Below, one piece after another: positions 54,953-64,000 of a DNA stretch of 64,000 nucleotides. Numbering within the stretch: the first letter of the stretch is position 1; each line of letters begins with the position of its first letter. Where the stretch lies: assembly GCA_020184695.1 (NCBI GenBank), contig JAANOX010000144.1:62001-126000 (forward strand), in the 5' to 3' direction. The stretch is from Histomonas meleagridis 2922-C6/04-290x. Taxonomy: Eukaryota; Protista; Parabasalia. The notes under the pieces were generated by a model, which was not told where the DNA came from, did not search any database, and saw only the letters and a list, made by a program, of their open reading frames with translations. The translations under genes and the position numbers were made by a program.

Positions 54953-56188
54953 ATGTCAAACCTTATGGATCCAACTCCTCAACAAGCAGACCCTTCTGCT
55001 GAAGCTTCAGTTCCAAATATCCCAATTCCAGAACCAGAGCCTGTTCAAGAACGTAAACCAGACTCTAATCAACAAGATTCAGCATCTCAACAATTATCTA
55101 CTCCTGGCACAATGACGCATTGTACTAGAACTATCATTGAATATTTTTCCCCTACTAATGCCCAGCGCCCCTCTGTAGACCAAGTTTCTACTAGTCTCAA
55201 ACAACTTATTCAACACATGAACCATTATTATTATTTTCATAATTTTCAATTAAAGCTACGCAAAATCCTCTTTATTTTCACTGAACATCCCAACGAACCC
55301 AAGTTTGAAAAATATTGTTCACGAACCTTTCTTAACATATCTGATATTCTTCTTGATATGCCACGTAATGTTGACAAAGGTAATATGATCAAAGAGCTTA
55401 TTGCTTCCACACCGTATGATCGTGACTCTCAAACCATGGATTTTCAATGGCGTCTCCAATATGCATTTGAAGAAGCCATATTCAATTGTGATCCTGAACT
55501 TGAAACCTTTTTACAACAATTCTACTCGACCATAGATCTCAGTCAACGCTGGGCTCAATTTGTTGCCTTTACTGATCAATGTGTCAAATATTTTCGAAAC
55601 AAATATAGTATCCCTGAAGATCTTCCACAAATATCAGCATTTTGTTCTCGCGCATTATACCAACGCTACATGTTAACTCACCCATTATTCCCAACGCCGA
55701 CGGTTAACAGTCAATTTTTAACACAAGTGTCAAAATTACGCAAGTTAACGGGCTCCGGATTTGGGTCAAAAGAGAAATTCATGCCTCCAGGGTCGTTTAA
55801 TACACCTGTGACGTTATGCCCCGGATTATATCGTCGTTCTGTTTCCGAATGTAACATGTTACCATTTGCATGTATTCCAGATGAACTTTTTAGGATAATA
55901 TGTAATATACACGATTTTTTGTTTGAGGAATTGGTTAGAATTATGTACGTGAGAGCTCATGTGAAAACTTCTTTGGCTGATTTTAGACCTACTGTACAAG
56001 TTGGACAAGAAGATATTTTACCTATAATGATTCTGGTTTTGGTCTTGGCTGATATTCCAAATTTGCCTGAAATTGTAGAATTCTTTAATGAGTATAGTAC
56101 TCATAATCAGGTTAACTCAAAAACAGGTTTATATATGGCGAATATTGCAATGGCTTTTGGAGCAATCATGAATTGGGAATTTGAATGA
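54953..56188 (+). CDS. VPS9-domain (Rab5-family GEF) protein
   Basis: C-terminal GQEDILPIMILVLV...KTGLYMANIAMAF resembles the VPS9 ADDxLP...GYxxT motifs. Confidence 0.7.
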   Translation: MSNLMDPTPQQADPSAEASVPNIPIPEPEPVQERKPDSNQQDSASQQLSTPGTMTHCTRTIIEYFSPTNAQRPSVDQVSTSLKQLIQHMNHYYYFHNFQLKLRKILFIFTEHPNEPKFEKYCSRTFLNISDILLDMPRNVDKGNMIKELIASTPYDRDSQTMDFQWRLQYAFEEAIFNCDPELETFLQQFYSTIDLSQRWAQFVAFTDQCVKYFRNKYSIPEDLPQISAFCSRALYQRYMLTHPLFPTPTVNSQFLTQVSKLRKLTGSGFGSKEKFMPPGSFNTPVTLCPGLYRRSVSECNMLPFACIPDELFRIICNIHDFLFEELVRIMYVRAHVKTSLADFRPTVQVGQEDILPIMILVLVLADIPNLPEIVEFFNEYSTHNQVNSKTGLYMANIAMAFGAIMNWEFE

Positions 56189-56542
56189 TTTGCGTCAAAT
56201 GGTTTTAGGTGTGAGTAAAGAACTGTTTTATGGATTTTAACTCTGAATAAATTTGTCCAAATAAAGCTGAAGAACCAAAATGAGCAGCGACCAGATAACT
56301 TATAAAAAAGTCATTAACTGCATTTGATCAAATTTTAGGGGCACGTTTGTGTTTTTGAAAGTATATATATATGGTCGTGTTCCACTTCACGCTCAAATAA
56401 AACGGTTCCCCAATTCTATTTTGAAAAAGTAAAGTGGTGAAAATTTAATTCAAAACGATTATCCGACCAATCGTAAACATTTGAAAAAATTGATTGTTTT
56501 TTGGTTGATGGTGAAGATTTGAAGTTTCATATCATTTTGAGC

Positions 56543-56989
56543 ATGTCTCTTCAAGTAATTTCTGAAGGAAGTAATTACACTGCTGTCAATGTAGGTCCAG
56601 CATCAAAAATTGAACAATATGTTTTCACAGGTTTTGGTCAACCAATTCCAGGAAAAGTTTTCTTGCAACAAGCTCTTCATTTAACAGGATCTGAAATTTC
56701 ATATACATCCATTCCTGCAGGTGTTCAACTTTCATTTTTCCATTCTCATAAAGAAAATGAAGAAGTATATATTGTTATTCAAGGCAAAGGAGAATATCAA
56801 GTTGATAACACTGTTTTCCCAATCGAAGAAGGATCTGTTATCCGTGTTGGTACAGGAGCTAGTCGATGCTACAAGAATACTGGAACTGAACCTTTGGTAA
56901 TAATTTGCATTCAAACTAAAGAAAATAAGGAACCACTTAAAACTGGGCATGATGCAGAGTTTCTTCAAACTGAACCAAGATTTACCTAA
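56543..56989 (+). CDS. Cupin-domain protein, bacterial type
   Basis: FFHSHKENEEVYIVIQGKG...EGSVIRV...N cupin motifs. ATG at 56543. Confidence 0.85.
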   Translation: MSLQVISEGSNYTAVNVGPASKIEQYVFTGFGQPIPGKVFLQQALHLTGSEISYTSIPAGVQLSFFHSHKENEEVYIVIQGKGEYQVDNTVFPIEEGSVIRVGTGASRCYKNTGTEPLVIICIQTKENKEPLKTGHDAEFLQTEPRFT

Positions 56990-57565
56990 TAAAAATAATT
57001 TAGGCAGTAATTTATTATGTTTTTGAGTGCATCGAACATAATTCTTAAATTTCATATATTTTAGACTCGTAGAATTAAATGTCAGCAAATAGTATATAAA
57101 TTTCATCAAAGAAGATTCTTTACTCTGATTCATTATTTATATAGTTTGAATTGACACGTTATCATGCATCTGATAATTTAAATTAATGTTTTTGTAAAAT
57201 AAGATTATTTCTTTTTTATACACCTATTTACAATTAAATTAATATTATTTAATGTAAACTTATATATAATATAACTTCTTTAAGTTCGAATTATCTTTAT
57301 AGTGTTTGTCTCTAAAGTATATACTAAAAATCAAAAAAATCATATTTTGATATCAAACATTATGACATTGGCAAGGGCATTCTTTATTTACGTAAAACTT
57401 TTGTAATGTCAATTAAATTGATTTTTTTTATAATTCTATGATTTAATAATCTAATTTTATTACTTTTCTTTAAAAAGTTATATAAATTGAGTTTGCTAGT
57501 AAATCAAGATATGCTAGGACTTTCGTAGAAATTGAGTGTACTAAGATTTTATATTATATTTAAAT

Positions 57566-58900
57566 ATGAATGTTCATGCTTTCTTTATTATACTCTATGT
57601 TTTAATGAAGCATGCTCTTTCATATGATCTTGTTATTTCAAATGTCCCAAAAATCACACATGGACTATATAAGAACTATTTTTATAAAAATTTATTTATT
57701 GGAGAAGGTGTATTTGTTATAGGGACAAATGCGTTTAATTTATGGAGATCTTTAGAAAGTGTAACAATATGGGATTCTACTGAAATAATTGAGGAAAGTG
57801 CATTCCAAAACTGCCAAGGTTTAAAAAGAGTCAATTTTGGAATCAATATTTTTACAATAAAAAATAAGGCTTTTGCTAATTGTATAGAATTAGTTGAAAT
57901 TATACTTCCAAATTCGTTATTAAGTATTGGAGATTTTGCCTTTGATTCATGTTTTTCAGCAGGAAAAATTATTTTTGGATTAAATTTAATGACAATTGGA
58001 GAAGCGGCATTTGCTGGTTGTATCGCTGTATCAAATATTATTATACCGAATTCAGTAGAATATATTGGTGATTCAGCTTTTAAGAATTGTATAAGTTTAA
58101 CTTCATTCATTATTGGAACAAGTGTTAAAAATATTCAACCACAGACATTTTATGACTGCACAGAAATTAAAACAATAGAAATCCCTAGGTCAGTAGAACA
58201 ACTTGATAAGTTATGTTTTGAACAATGTATTAAGTTGGAAAAAATTATTATAAAAAGTATTCATATATTTATTCATCCACTTGCATTTTTAAAATGTTAT
58301 TCTTTATTGTTTATTCAAGTAAGTGAAAATAATGTAATTTATACAAACATGAATAATAATGATGGTATTCTTTATTCTAAAGATAGAACAACATTAGTAC
58401 GTTTTCCTCAAGGAAAAAATCTAGATTATTTTGTTATTCCTCTAAGTATAAAAGAAATCTATATTTATGCATTTCTTGATTGTATTTATATAAAAACTAT
58501 ATATTTTAAAAGAAATATTGTTAAAATAGGATCATCAGCTTTTCAAGGATGCACATCATTAAATGAAATTGCATTGCCAAAATCTTTAAAAATCATTAGT
58601 GAGTATGCATTTTCATATTGTACACAGTTATATTCAGTATATATTTGGGGAAAAATAAAAGAAATAAAAGATTATGCATTTTCATATTGTTATTCTTTGG
58701 AATGTTTCTATTTCAATGGAAGAAAGGAACCTACAATAGGAGTAAATGTTTTTTATCAATCCACAATATCATACATTATCACAAGAAGTAAATACAATAA
58801 GGGAACCTTTTGTGGAGTTATGGCTGGCAGAGGAAGAGGTGATGGAAAATGTTTTTCACTGGGTTACATTGTTCAGGTTTATCGTGGAATTTGGGATTGA
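57566..58900 (+). CDS. BspA-like TpLRR (LRR_5) protein
   Basis: Repeated IGxxAFxxCxxL units, a hydrophobic N-terminus and a GTFCG terminal motif; no C-terminal TM helix. Confidence 0.9.
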   Translation: MNVHAFFIILYVLMKHALSYDLVISNVPKITHGLYKNYFYKNLFIGEGVFVIGTNAFNLWRSLESVTIWDSTEIIEESAFQNCQGLKRVNFGINIFTIKNKAFANCIELVEIILPNSLLSIGDFAFDSCFSAGKIIFGLNLMTIGEAAFAGCIAVSNIIIPNSVEYIGDSAFKNCISLTSFIIGTSVKNIQPQTFYDCTEIKTIEIPRSVEQLDKLCFEQCIKLEKIIIKSIHIFIHPLAFLKCYSLLFIQVSENNVIYTNMNNNDGILYSKDRTTLVRFPQGKNLDYFVIPLSIKEIYIYAFLDCIYIKTIYFKRNIVKIGSSAFQGCTSLNEIALPKSLKIISEYAFSYCTQLYSVYIWGKIKEIKDYAFSYCYSLECFYFNGRKEPTIGVNVFYQSTISYIITRSKYNKGTFCGVMAGRGRGDGKCFSLGYIVQVYRGIWD

Positions 58901-59045
58901 AACAAAATGTTTCTAATTTACCAATTAGCTAAAGAAACAAAATAAGTTCATTTTGCTGATACTTTTTTGATCCAAAAAAGTAAAATATTTTTTTTTTAAT
59001 TATTGAAAAAATTTAATAGAAAATAAGAATCTGTGAAGTTTTTAT

Positions 59046-59516
59046 TTAAGCTTTAAATTTTGGAATGAAACTAGGTATCTTTGAATGGAAAATCATATAA
59101 GAAAATAAACACCAAATTGGAGAAGTTAATGCAAATTTTGAAATAAATGATTCAAAATCGGTTTCTTTCCTATCATTAGGTCGGGATAAGGAATAAATTG
59201 CAGCAATCAAAGATGCGGCTGTAAGTGAGAACATAAGAGAAGCAATAATACCTTCTGCTAAAAATTGGTTATTTAAAGAGTTTAGATCGATCCATGATGG
59301 AACTGGCTTTCCATAGCGATCACGTACATAACCCACCATTGGCATTCCACGGACATGACAAAAAATAAATCCACCACAAATAATAATGAATGAGGTAAAA
59401 AGTATTAACATTGTAATAAGAGTGTTTGGTAAACGAATTGTACTGAATGGAGTGTGAATTGGCGTGGGCTTAAACCATTTTTGAAATGGATACAATAGAG
59501 CATCTGAGAACCCCAT
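59046..59516 (-). CDS. Oligosaccharyltransferase subunit OSTC/DC2-like
   Basis: Three TM segments; GGFIF...P.VG...G...NQFLAEGIIAS. Confidence 0.75.
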   Translation of the reverse strand: MGFSDALLYPFQKWFKPTPIHTPFSTIRLPNTLITMLILFTSFIIICGGFIFCHVRGMPMVGYVRDRYGKPVPSWIDLNSLNNQFLAEGIIASLMFSLTAASLIAAIYSLSRPNDRKETDFESFISKFALTSPIWCLFSYMIFHSKIPSFIPKFKA

Positions 59517-59849
59517 TTGTTTGGTGTGTTCCGACCAATTACGTATTCAAAATCAGTGAGTAAAAATTGAAAGTTTTTATTTCAAGGATTCTATCTTCTT
59601 TTCTAATTATAGTTGATTTTAATCTACTTATGTTTCAATAACCAAGAAGTGAAGTATTTATTCTATTCAACTTTTTGTTTTTATATATTATTTTATTATC
59701 TTCAAATATTTGCATTAAGAAAAGATTTCTTAAATAATTAAAATATTATCATTTAAAATAGTTAAATATTTTTAGCAAAGCTTCAATGGTCTATAGAAAA
59801 ACAATGTTTTGTTTTTGTTTTGCACTTCGCCAAAAAACGTTTATTTAGG

Positions 59850-60431
59850 ATGCACTCTCAAGAAGTTGCAAACCAAAACAAAAGAAAAATAATGGAATCA
59901 AACCTATTTAGTGATGGCAACCAACCTACAGCAACTTCGTTCAACGAACAATCTCCAAACTCCAAAAATAATCGTTCGCAAATTCAAGAGCAAAGACAAA
60001 TAACACACATAAAACCACAACCAGAACAACAGTTTGAATCCCCACCAGCAATTCATAAAATTTCATTTGATTTCAATGTCAAAAAACCTAAATCATTTCA
60101 TTTGGAACACAATGAAGAATCACATCAGAACCAGATCCGAAAATTAAATTTTTCTGTTAGTAATCAGATGAAGTCATTAAGAGATAATATTTCGAAAGAT
60201 TTTAATGATTTCTCCCAGAGAATGCAAAACTTAAACAAAGAGGACGAAATCAAAATGGAAGTTATAAGCGTAGATGATTTTCCTATCCTAAAATTTCCTG
60301 ATAACATTAGAAATGAAATAAATCTGAATAATACAAACAAAGAAATAAACGAAGAACCTTCAAAAGAAGAACCAGATATAGTGACAGAATCTCAATTTAT
60401 ATTTCCTGATGAAACAAATTTCGAAGATTGA
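59850..60431 (+). CDS. Hydrophilic hypothetical protein
   Basis: ATG-started Q/N/E-rich ORF. Confidence 0.55.
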   Translation: MHSQEVANQNKRKIMESNLFSDGNQPTATSFNEQSPNSKNNRSQIQEQRQITHIKPQPEQQFESPPAIHKISFDFNVKKPKSFHLEHNEESHQNQIRKLNFSVSNQMKSLRDNISKDFNDFSQRMQNLNKEDEIKMEVISVDDFPILKFPDNIRNEINLNNTNKEINEEPSKEEPDIVTESQFIFPDETNFED

Positions 60432-60494
60432 ACAAGTTGCGATACGTAATATTGAATACTTTACAACGGTTTTTATGGGGATTCACCCAACTTA

Positions 60495-61271
60495 ATGACT
60501 CTACGCTTTACTGTTACACAATCAGTAAGAGCCACCGCTAATTTTCCATTCCACCCAAATAGTGGTCCGAAGCGTGGCGTTGGAAGTTACGCAACAACAA
60601 AAATTGGAAATGGAAAAGGACCAATTCGAGGACATGGAAAACCACCAGAACATAAAGACCCTGTATATCCTCCTCTCAAACCATCAATAACTGTTTCTAG
60701 GCCAAAACCTCATACGCACAATGTTGTACCTATACAAAAAAATGCAGATGGATCAATCAGTTTTATTGGTCATGAGGGTCCAAAACGCGGGTTTGGACTT
60801 GGCCCTGGTGTCATATACCACAGAGCAATTTATAAACCTCATGAAGGTCCTAAAAGAGGGATAGGTCCACCACCAATAATTATTTCGAAAGAGGTTGGAA
60901 GCAAAGAAGACCAACTTTGTCTTGACCTTGTTAACAAGTTTAGGAGAGAAAATGGACTATGGTCTCTTCAATTTTCCAAAAGATTATCCGAAATTGCAAA
61001 ACCACATACTGATGACATGTTGAACGGCCGAAAGCCTCTTGGACATGATGGTTTCAATGAGAGGTCTTCACAAGTACCCTCGGCTCTCTCCACTGGCGAA
61101 AATGTTGGATATGAGCAAGGATATCCAAATCCAATCCAAACCCTCGTCGACGGGTGGATTAAATCCCCGCCGCATAGGAAGAACCTTCTCGGCAATTTTA
61201 ACCAGATGGGATGTGCTTTCTCACATCGTGGAGATCTTTGGTATGGAACTCAATTCTTTGCACTAATTTAA
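60495..61271 (+). CDS. CAP/SCP (allergen V5/Tpx-1) domain protein with Pro/Gly-rich N-terminal repeats
   Basis: LVNKFRRENGL, GHDGF, GENV, GWIKSPPHRKNLL and GTQFF. Confidence 0.9.
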   Translation: MTLRFTVTQSVRATANFPFHPNSGPKRGVGSYATTKIGNGKGPIRGHGKPPEHKDPVYPPLKPSITVSRPKPHTHNVVPIQKNADGSISFIGHEGPKRGFGLGPGVIYHRAIYKPHEGPKRGIGPPPIIISKEVGSKEDQLCLDLVNKFRRENGLWSLQFSKRLSEIAKPHTDDMLNGRKPLGHDGFNERSSQVPSALSTGENVGYEQGYPNPIQTLVDGWIKSPPHRKNLLGNFNQMGCAFSHRGDLWYGTQFFALI

Positions 61272-61600
61272 CCAGATTCTTTGTAAATAATTTTATAATA
61301 CTTTCGGATTTTTGTAATTGTTTTGTATTTAAATATATTTATAAAAAAAATTTGGAATTTCCATTTCATAATAATTTTAACATTTTTATTTTAAAAAAAA
61401 TTATACCTATTTTTATTTACATTTATGAATATATATAGGTATCAATGATTAAACATAAATATGCATCATATTTCACAAGATATTTTTATTTTTTTTGATG
61501 AAAATATGAATACTATCGTACAATACGATACAATAAATTTGAATGCTTGCTTATCACTTTTTTATTATGATAATCTTTGGTATCGATACCATCCTGAATT

Positions 61601-64000
61601 TCAATCACCTAAATTAATATCACTTCTACTACTTCTTTTCTTCATGTAAATCCATACACCTACACCAACGCCAATTCCACAAACAAGCAAGCAACCAAGT
61701 ACAATAAGCACAATGCATAAAACGCTTAGTTGTTTTTCCATACTGTATGATGCACCTAATATATGTCCTTCTGGCAAATCAAAAACTTCATTCAGTCTAT
61801 TCAACAAAATTTTTGATTTATCTAGTGTAAAATCTTTTAACAGTATAATGTTACCTTTTGTATTTACGTAACATATTAAGAAAAATGGTAATTTTCCAGT
61901 TCTCCTAAACCCCAATATTTCGAATGATTTTTCTATATTCAAATTAAATTTCTTCAAACTAAATGGAATCATTAAATCTCCAAATTTTGCGGAGACTTTT
62001 ATCGAATAATTTCTAAATAAATAGTAACTTAAACTAACATTATTTGGTTTAATATTTCTGGCTACTCTAACTATTTTGCCTTCCCAATTTTTAGATAAAG
62101 TTGCATCAACTTTGTTATGAATAAGTTGATATTTAATCCCATTATCAAAATCTTTAGGATCTTCATTTTTTCTTTTATCTTCATGTACTCCATCGATTGT
62201 TTTATATTTGAGAAGTGCTACCCCATCTTTTTTAAATGATTGATTAAATATACATAATTTTTTTATTTCATTATGACACATTGCAAAAACTACAACGGCA
62301 CCATTTATTTTAGGAGTAAAACTAAACTTTTTATCACGTCCTCTATCAATCATTTCTTCTTTATTACCTTCATATTGTACTTTAATTCTATCACAACGTG
62401 CACATATAATGCCTAATTGACTTTGTTTATATTTTGCATAATAATTTATAATATCTGCTTCTATAAAAGCTTCGGTTGATGTATCTTTAAAGTCAATTAA
62501 AGATGGAGCAATTGTAAATTCTTTCATTGGATATTTAGATACATCAAATAATCTAAATATCCATTTTACTTTTGCACCATATAAAATTTGTACTGGGTAT
62601 AATGTGTTTGAAAGATCAAGAATTTTATATTCAAATATCTTTTTGGTTCCAACTTCTATACCTTCAAAACAACCAATAAATTTAGCATTTGTACTAGCTA
62701 CAAAACCAAAATTACATTTGGTATCTTTACTTGTAGTAAAAATCGTTAATAAAGTTGCATCGAATTTTTTGGATTCATCATCTTTTCTTCTAAATGGAAT
62801 ATGAATTGAATTATAATTAAAAAGAGTATAATCTGGTTTTAATACAATAAGAAATTGATCTTCATTGATAATTGTTGAAGAACAAAGTGGTACAAAACTT
62901 TCTGCTTGAATAATACAAGCAATTGTTTGTCCTTGAGGTAAAGTAATTGTATCATATAATAAAATTCCATATTGTTCTGAATCTTGCATTTCAACCAATA
63001 CTTTAACGGAAACATTTTTCCATTTGTCTTGACAATGATAAACACGTGATACAATTCCTCTGTCATTTTCTGTAAAATTTTGATGGAGTGTAAAAACAAC
63101 ATTTGGAATACGTCTTTCAATATGTAATGTTATCAGAAAATCATTATCACCAAAATCATAATCAAATTTTTCATCTTGTTCTAATTGTTCTTGTCTAATG
63201 AAATATGTATTTTTACATGATGCAAAACTAATTTCTAATTGGATAGTTGCATTTTTTCCCGTGAATTCAATAATATCATGTATTTCAATCCCTAAATCTT
63301 CTGCACTATATTCATTATTTACTTTAGATAATATTAAATGAAAAGTATTAAGAGTTTTTTCTACTCCTTTATCAATAAGTTTAAAATTCATATCAACAGC
63401 AAGATTTGGAGATATATTTTGTATTAGTGAAACTATTTCAATTGTCATTTCATTTCTTGCAGCAAATGTTCCTTTCCCTATTTCACTTGTTTCATCATAA
63501 AAATCATAATCAAGTAAAGAAGCTGAATATTTTTTATCTACAATATCATGAGTGATAAGTCCAAGATGAGCAGATTGAGGAACAAATGGCTTAAATGCAA
63601 TTTGAGATTGTTGATTCCCTGAGAATTCCTTGAATATTTCAACACTATTTGCTGTTTCAATCTTAAAATCTACTTTCAACATTCCAGAACCAAGAGGAAC
63701 AACTTCAAATGAAACATCATCAGTAGAAACTTCTAAAATAAAAGGATTAGATGTGAACTGAAAACTTTCTGAATTTGCACTTGTTTTATATGTACCTTTA
63801 AATTGTAAACTTGGCATTTTATCAAGATTACGTATAATTAACTTTCTGGTTGTTTTTATTATATCATTTCCTTTCCCTATTAATGTGCCAAAATCAGCTT
63901 CTGCATATTTTTCTTTTTCATCAAATGCAATTAAAGAAAATGTTACGATATATCCATTTGAAATTACTATGCTATATGGATGTATAATATATGCTAAACT
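61601..64000 (-). CDS. Large type I membrane protein, unknown family (5'-partial)
   Basis: The frame stays open from 63817 to the window edge; C-terminal TM helix followed by KKRSS. Confidence 0.7.
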   Translation of the reverse strand, partial: SLAYIIHPYSIVISNGYIVTFSLIAFDEKEKYAEADFGTLIGKGNDIIKTTRKLIIRNLDKMPSLQFKGTYKTSANSESFQFTSNPFILEVSTDDVSFEVVPLGSGMLKVDFKIETANSVEIFKEFSGNQQSQIAFKPFVPQSAHLGLITHDIVDKKYSASLLDYDFYDETSEIGKGTFAARNEMTIEIVSLIQNISPNLAVDMNFKLIDKGVEKTLNTFHLILSKVNNEYSAEDLGIEIHDIIEFTGKNATIQLEISFASCKNTYFIRQEQLEQDEKFDYDFGDNDFLITLHIERRIPNVVFTLHQNFTENDRGIVSRVYHCQDKWKNVSVKVLVEMQDSEQYGILLYDTITLPQGQTIACIIQAESFVPLCSSTIINEDQFLIVLKPDYTLFNYNSIHIPFRRKDDESKKFDATLLTIFTTSKDTKCNFGFVASTNAKFIGCFEGIEVGTKKIFEYKILDLSNTLYPVQILYGAKVKWIFRLFDVSKYPMKEFTIAPSLIDFKDTSTEAFIEADIINYYAKYKQSQLGIICARCDRIKVQYEGNKEEMIDRGRDKKFSFTPKINGAVVVFAMCHNEIKKLCIFNQSFKKDGVALLKYKTIDGVHEDKRKNEDPKDFDNGIKYQLIHNKVDATLSKNWEGKIVRVARNIKPNNVSLSYYLFRNYSIKVSAKFGDLMIPFSLKKFNLNIEKSFEILGFRRTGKLPFFLICYVNTKGNIILLKDFTLDKSKILLNRLNEVFDLPEGHILGASYSMEKQLSVLCIVLIVLGCLLVCGIGVGVGVWIYMKKRSSRSDINLGD

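Overview
Strongly AT-rich, gene-dense eukaryotic DNA, most consistent with a parabasalid protist (Tritrichomonas/Trichomonas-like). Support: genes are almost all intronless; the one spliceosomal intron has GTATGT...ACTAACACATAG ends; BspA-type LRR and DUF3447-type ankyrin families are present. Family calls come from motif recognition by eye; no searches were run. Housekeeping genes include a DDB1-like propeller, class I HDAC, EF-hand protein, CAMK kinase, Brix, NVL/Rix7 ATPase, two Rabs, a TBC GAP, a VPS9 GEF, a SNARE, TRAPP subunits, a TTLL and OSTC. Two metabolic genes look bacterial in origin (NADP-ADH, cupin). Two accessory zones (about 16-25.6 kb and 40-53 kb) hold the main findings. (1) Two ankyrin-repeat loci in which every intact, surface-variable 30-codon ankyrin module is separated from the next by a conserved AT-rich spacer. 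The spacers break the frame or carry stops yet lack GT-AG and branch signals, suggesting non-canonical splicing, translational bypass or a silent cassette system. (2) A 2328-aa CdiA/filamentous-haemagglutinin-like protein ending in a His-rich nuclease-like toxin domain, set among host-type genes with no recognisable transporter or immunity partner. Permuted non-coding repeat blocks and a tyrosine-recombinase C-terminal fragment flank the first ankyrin locus.
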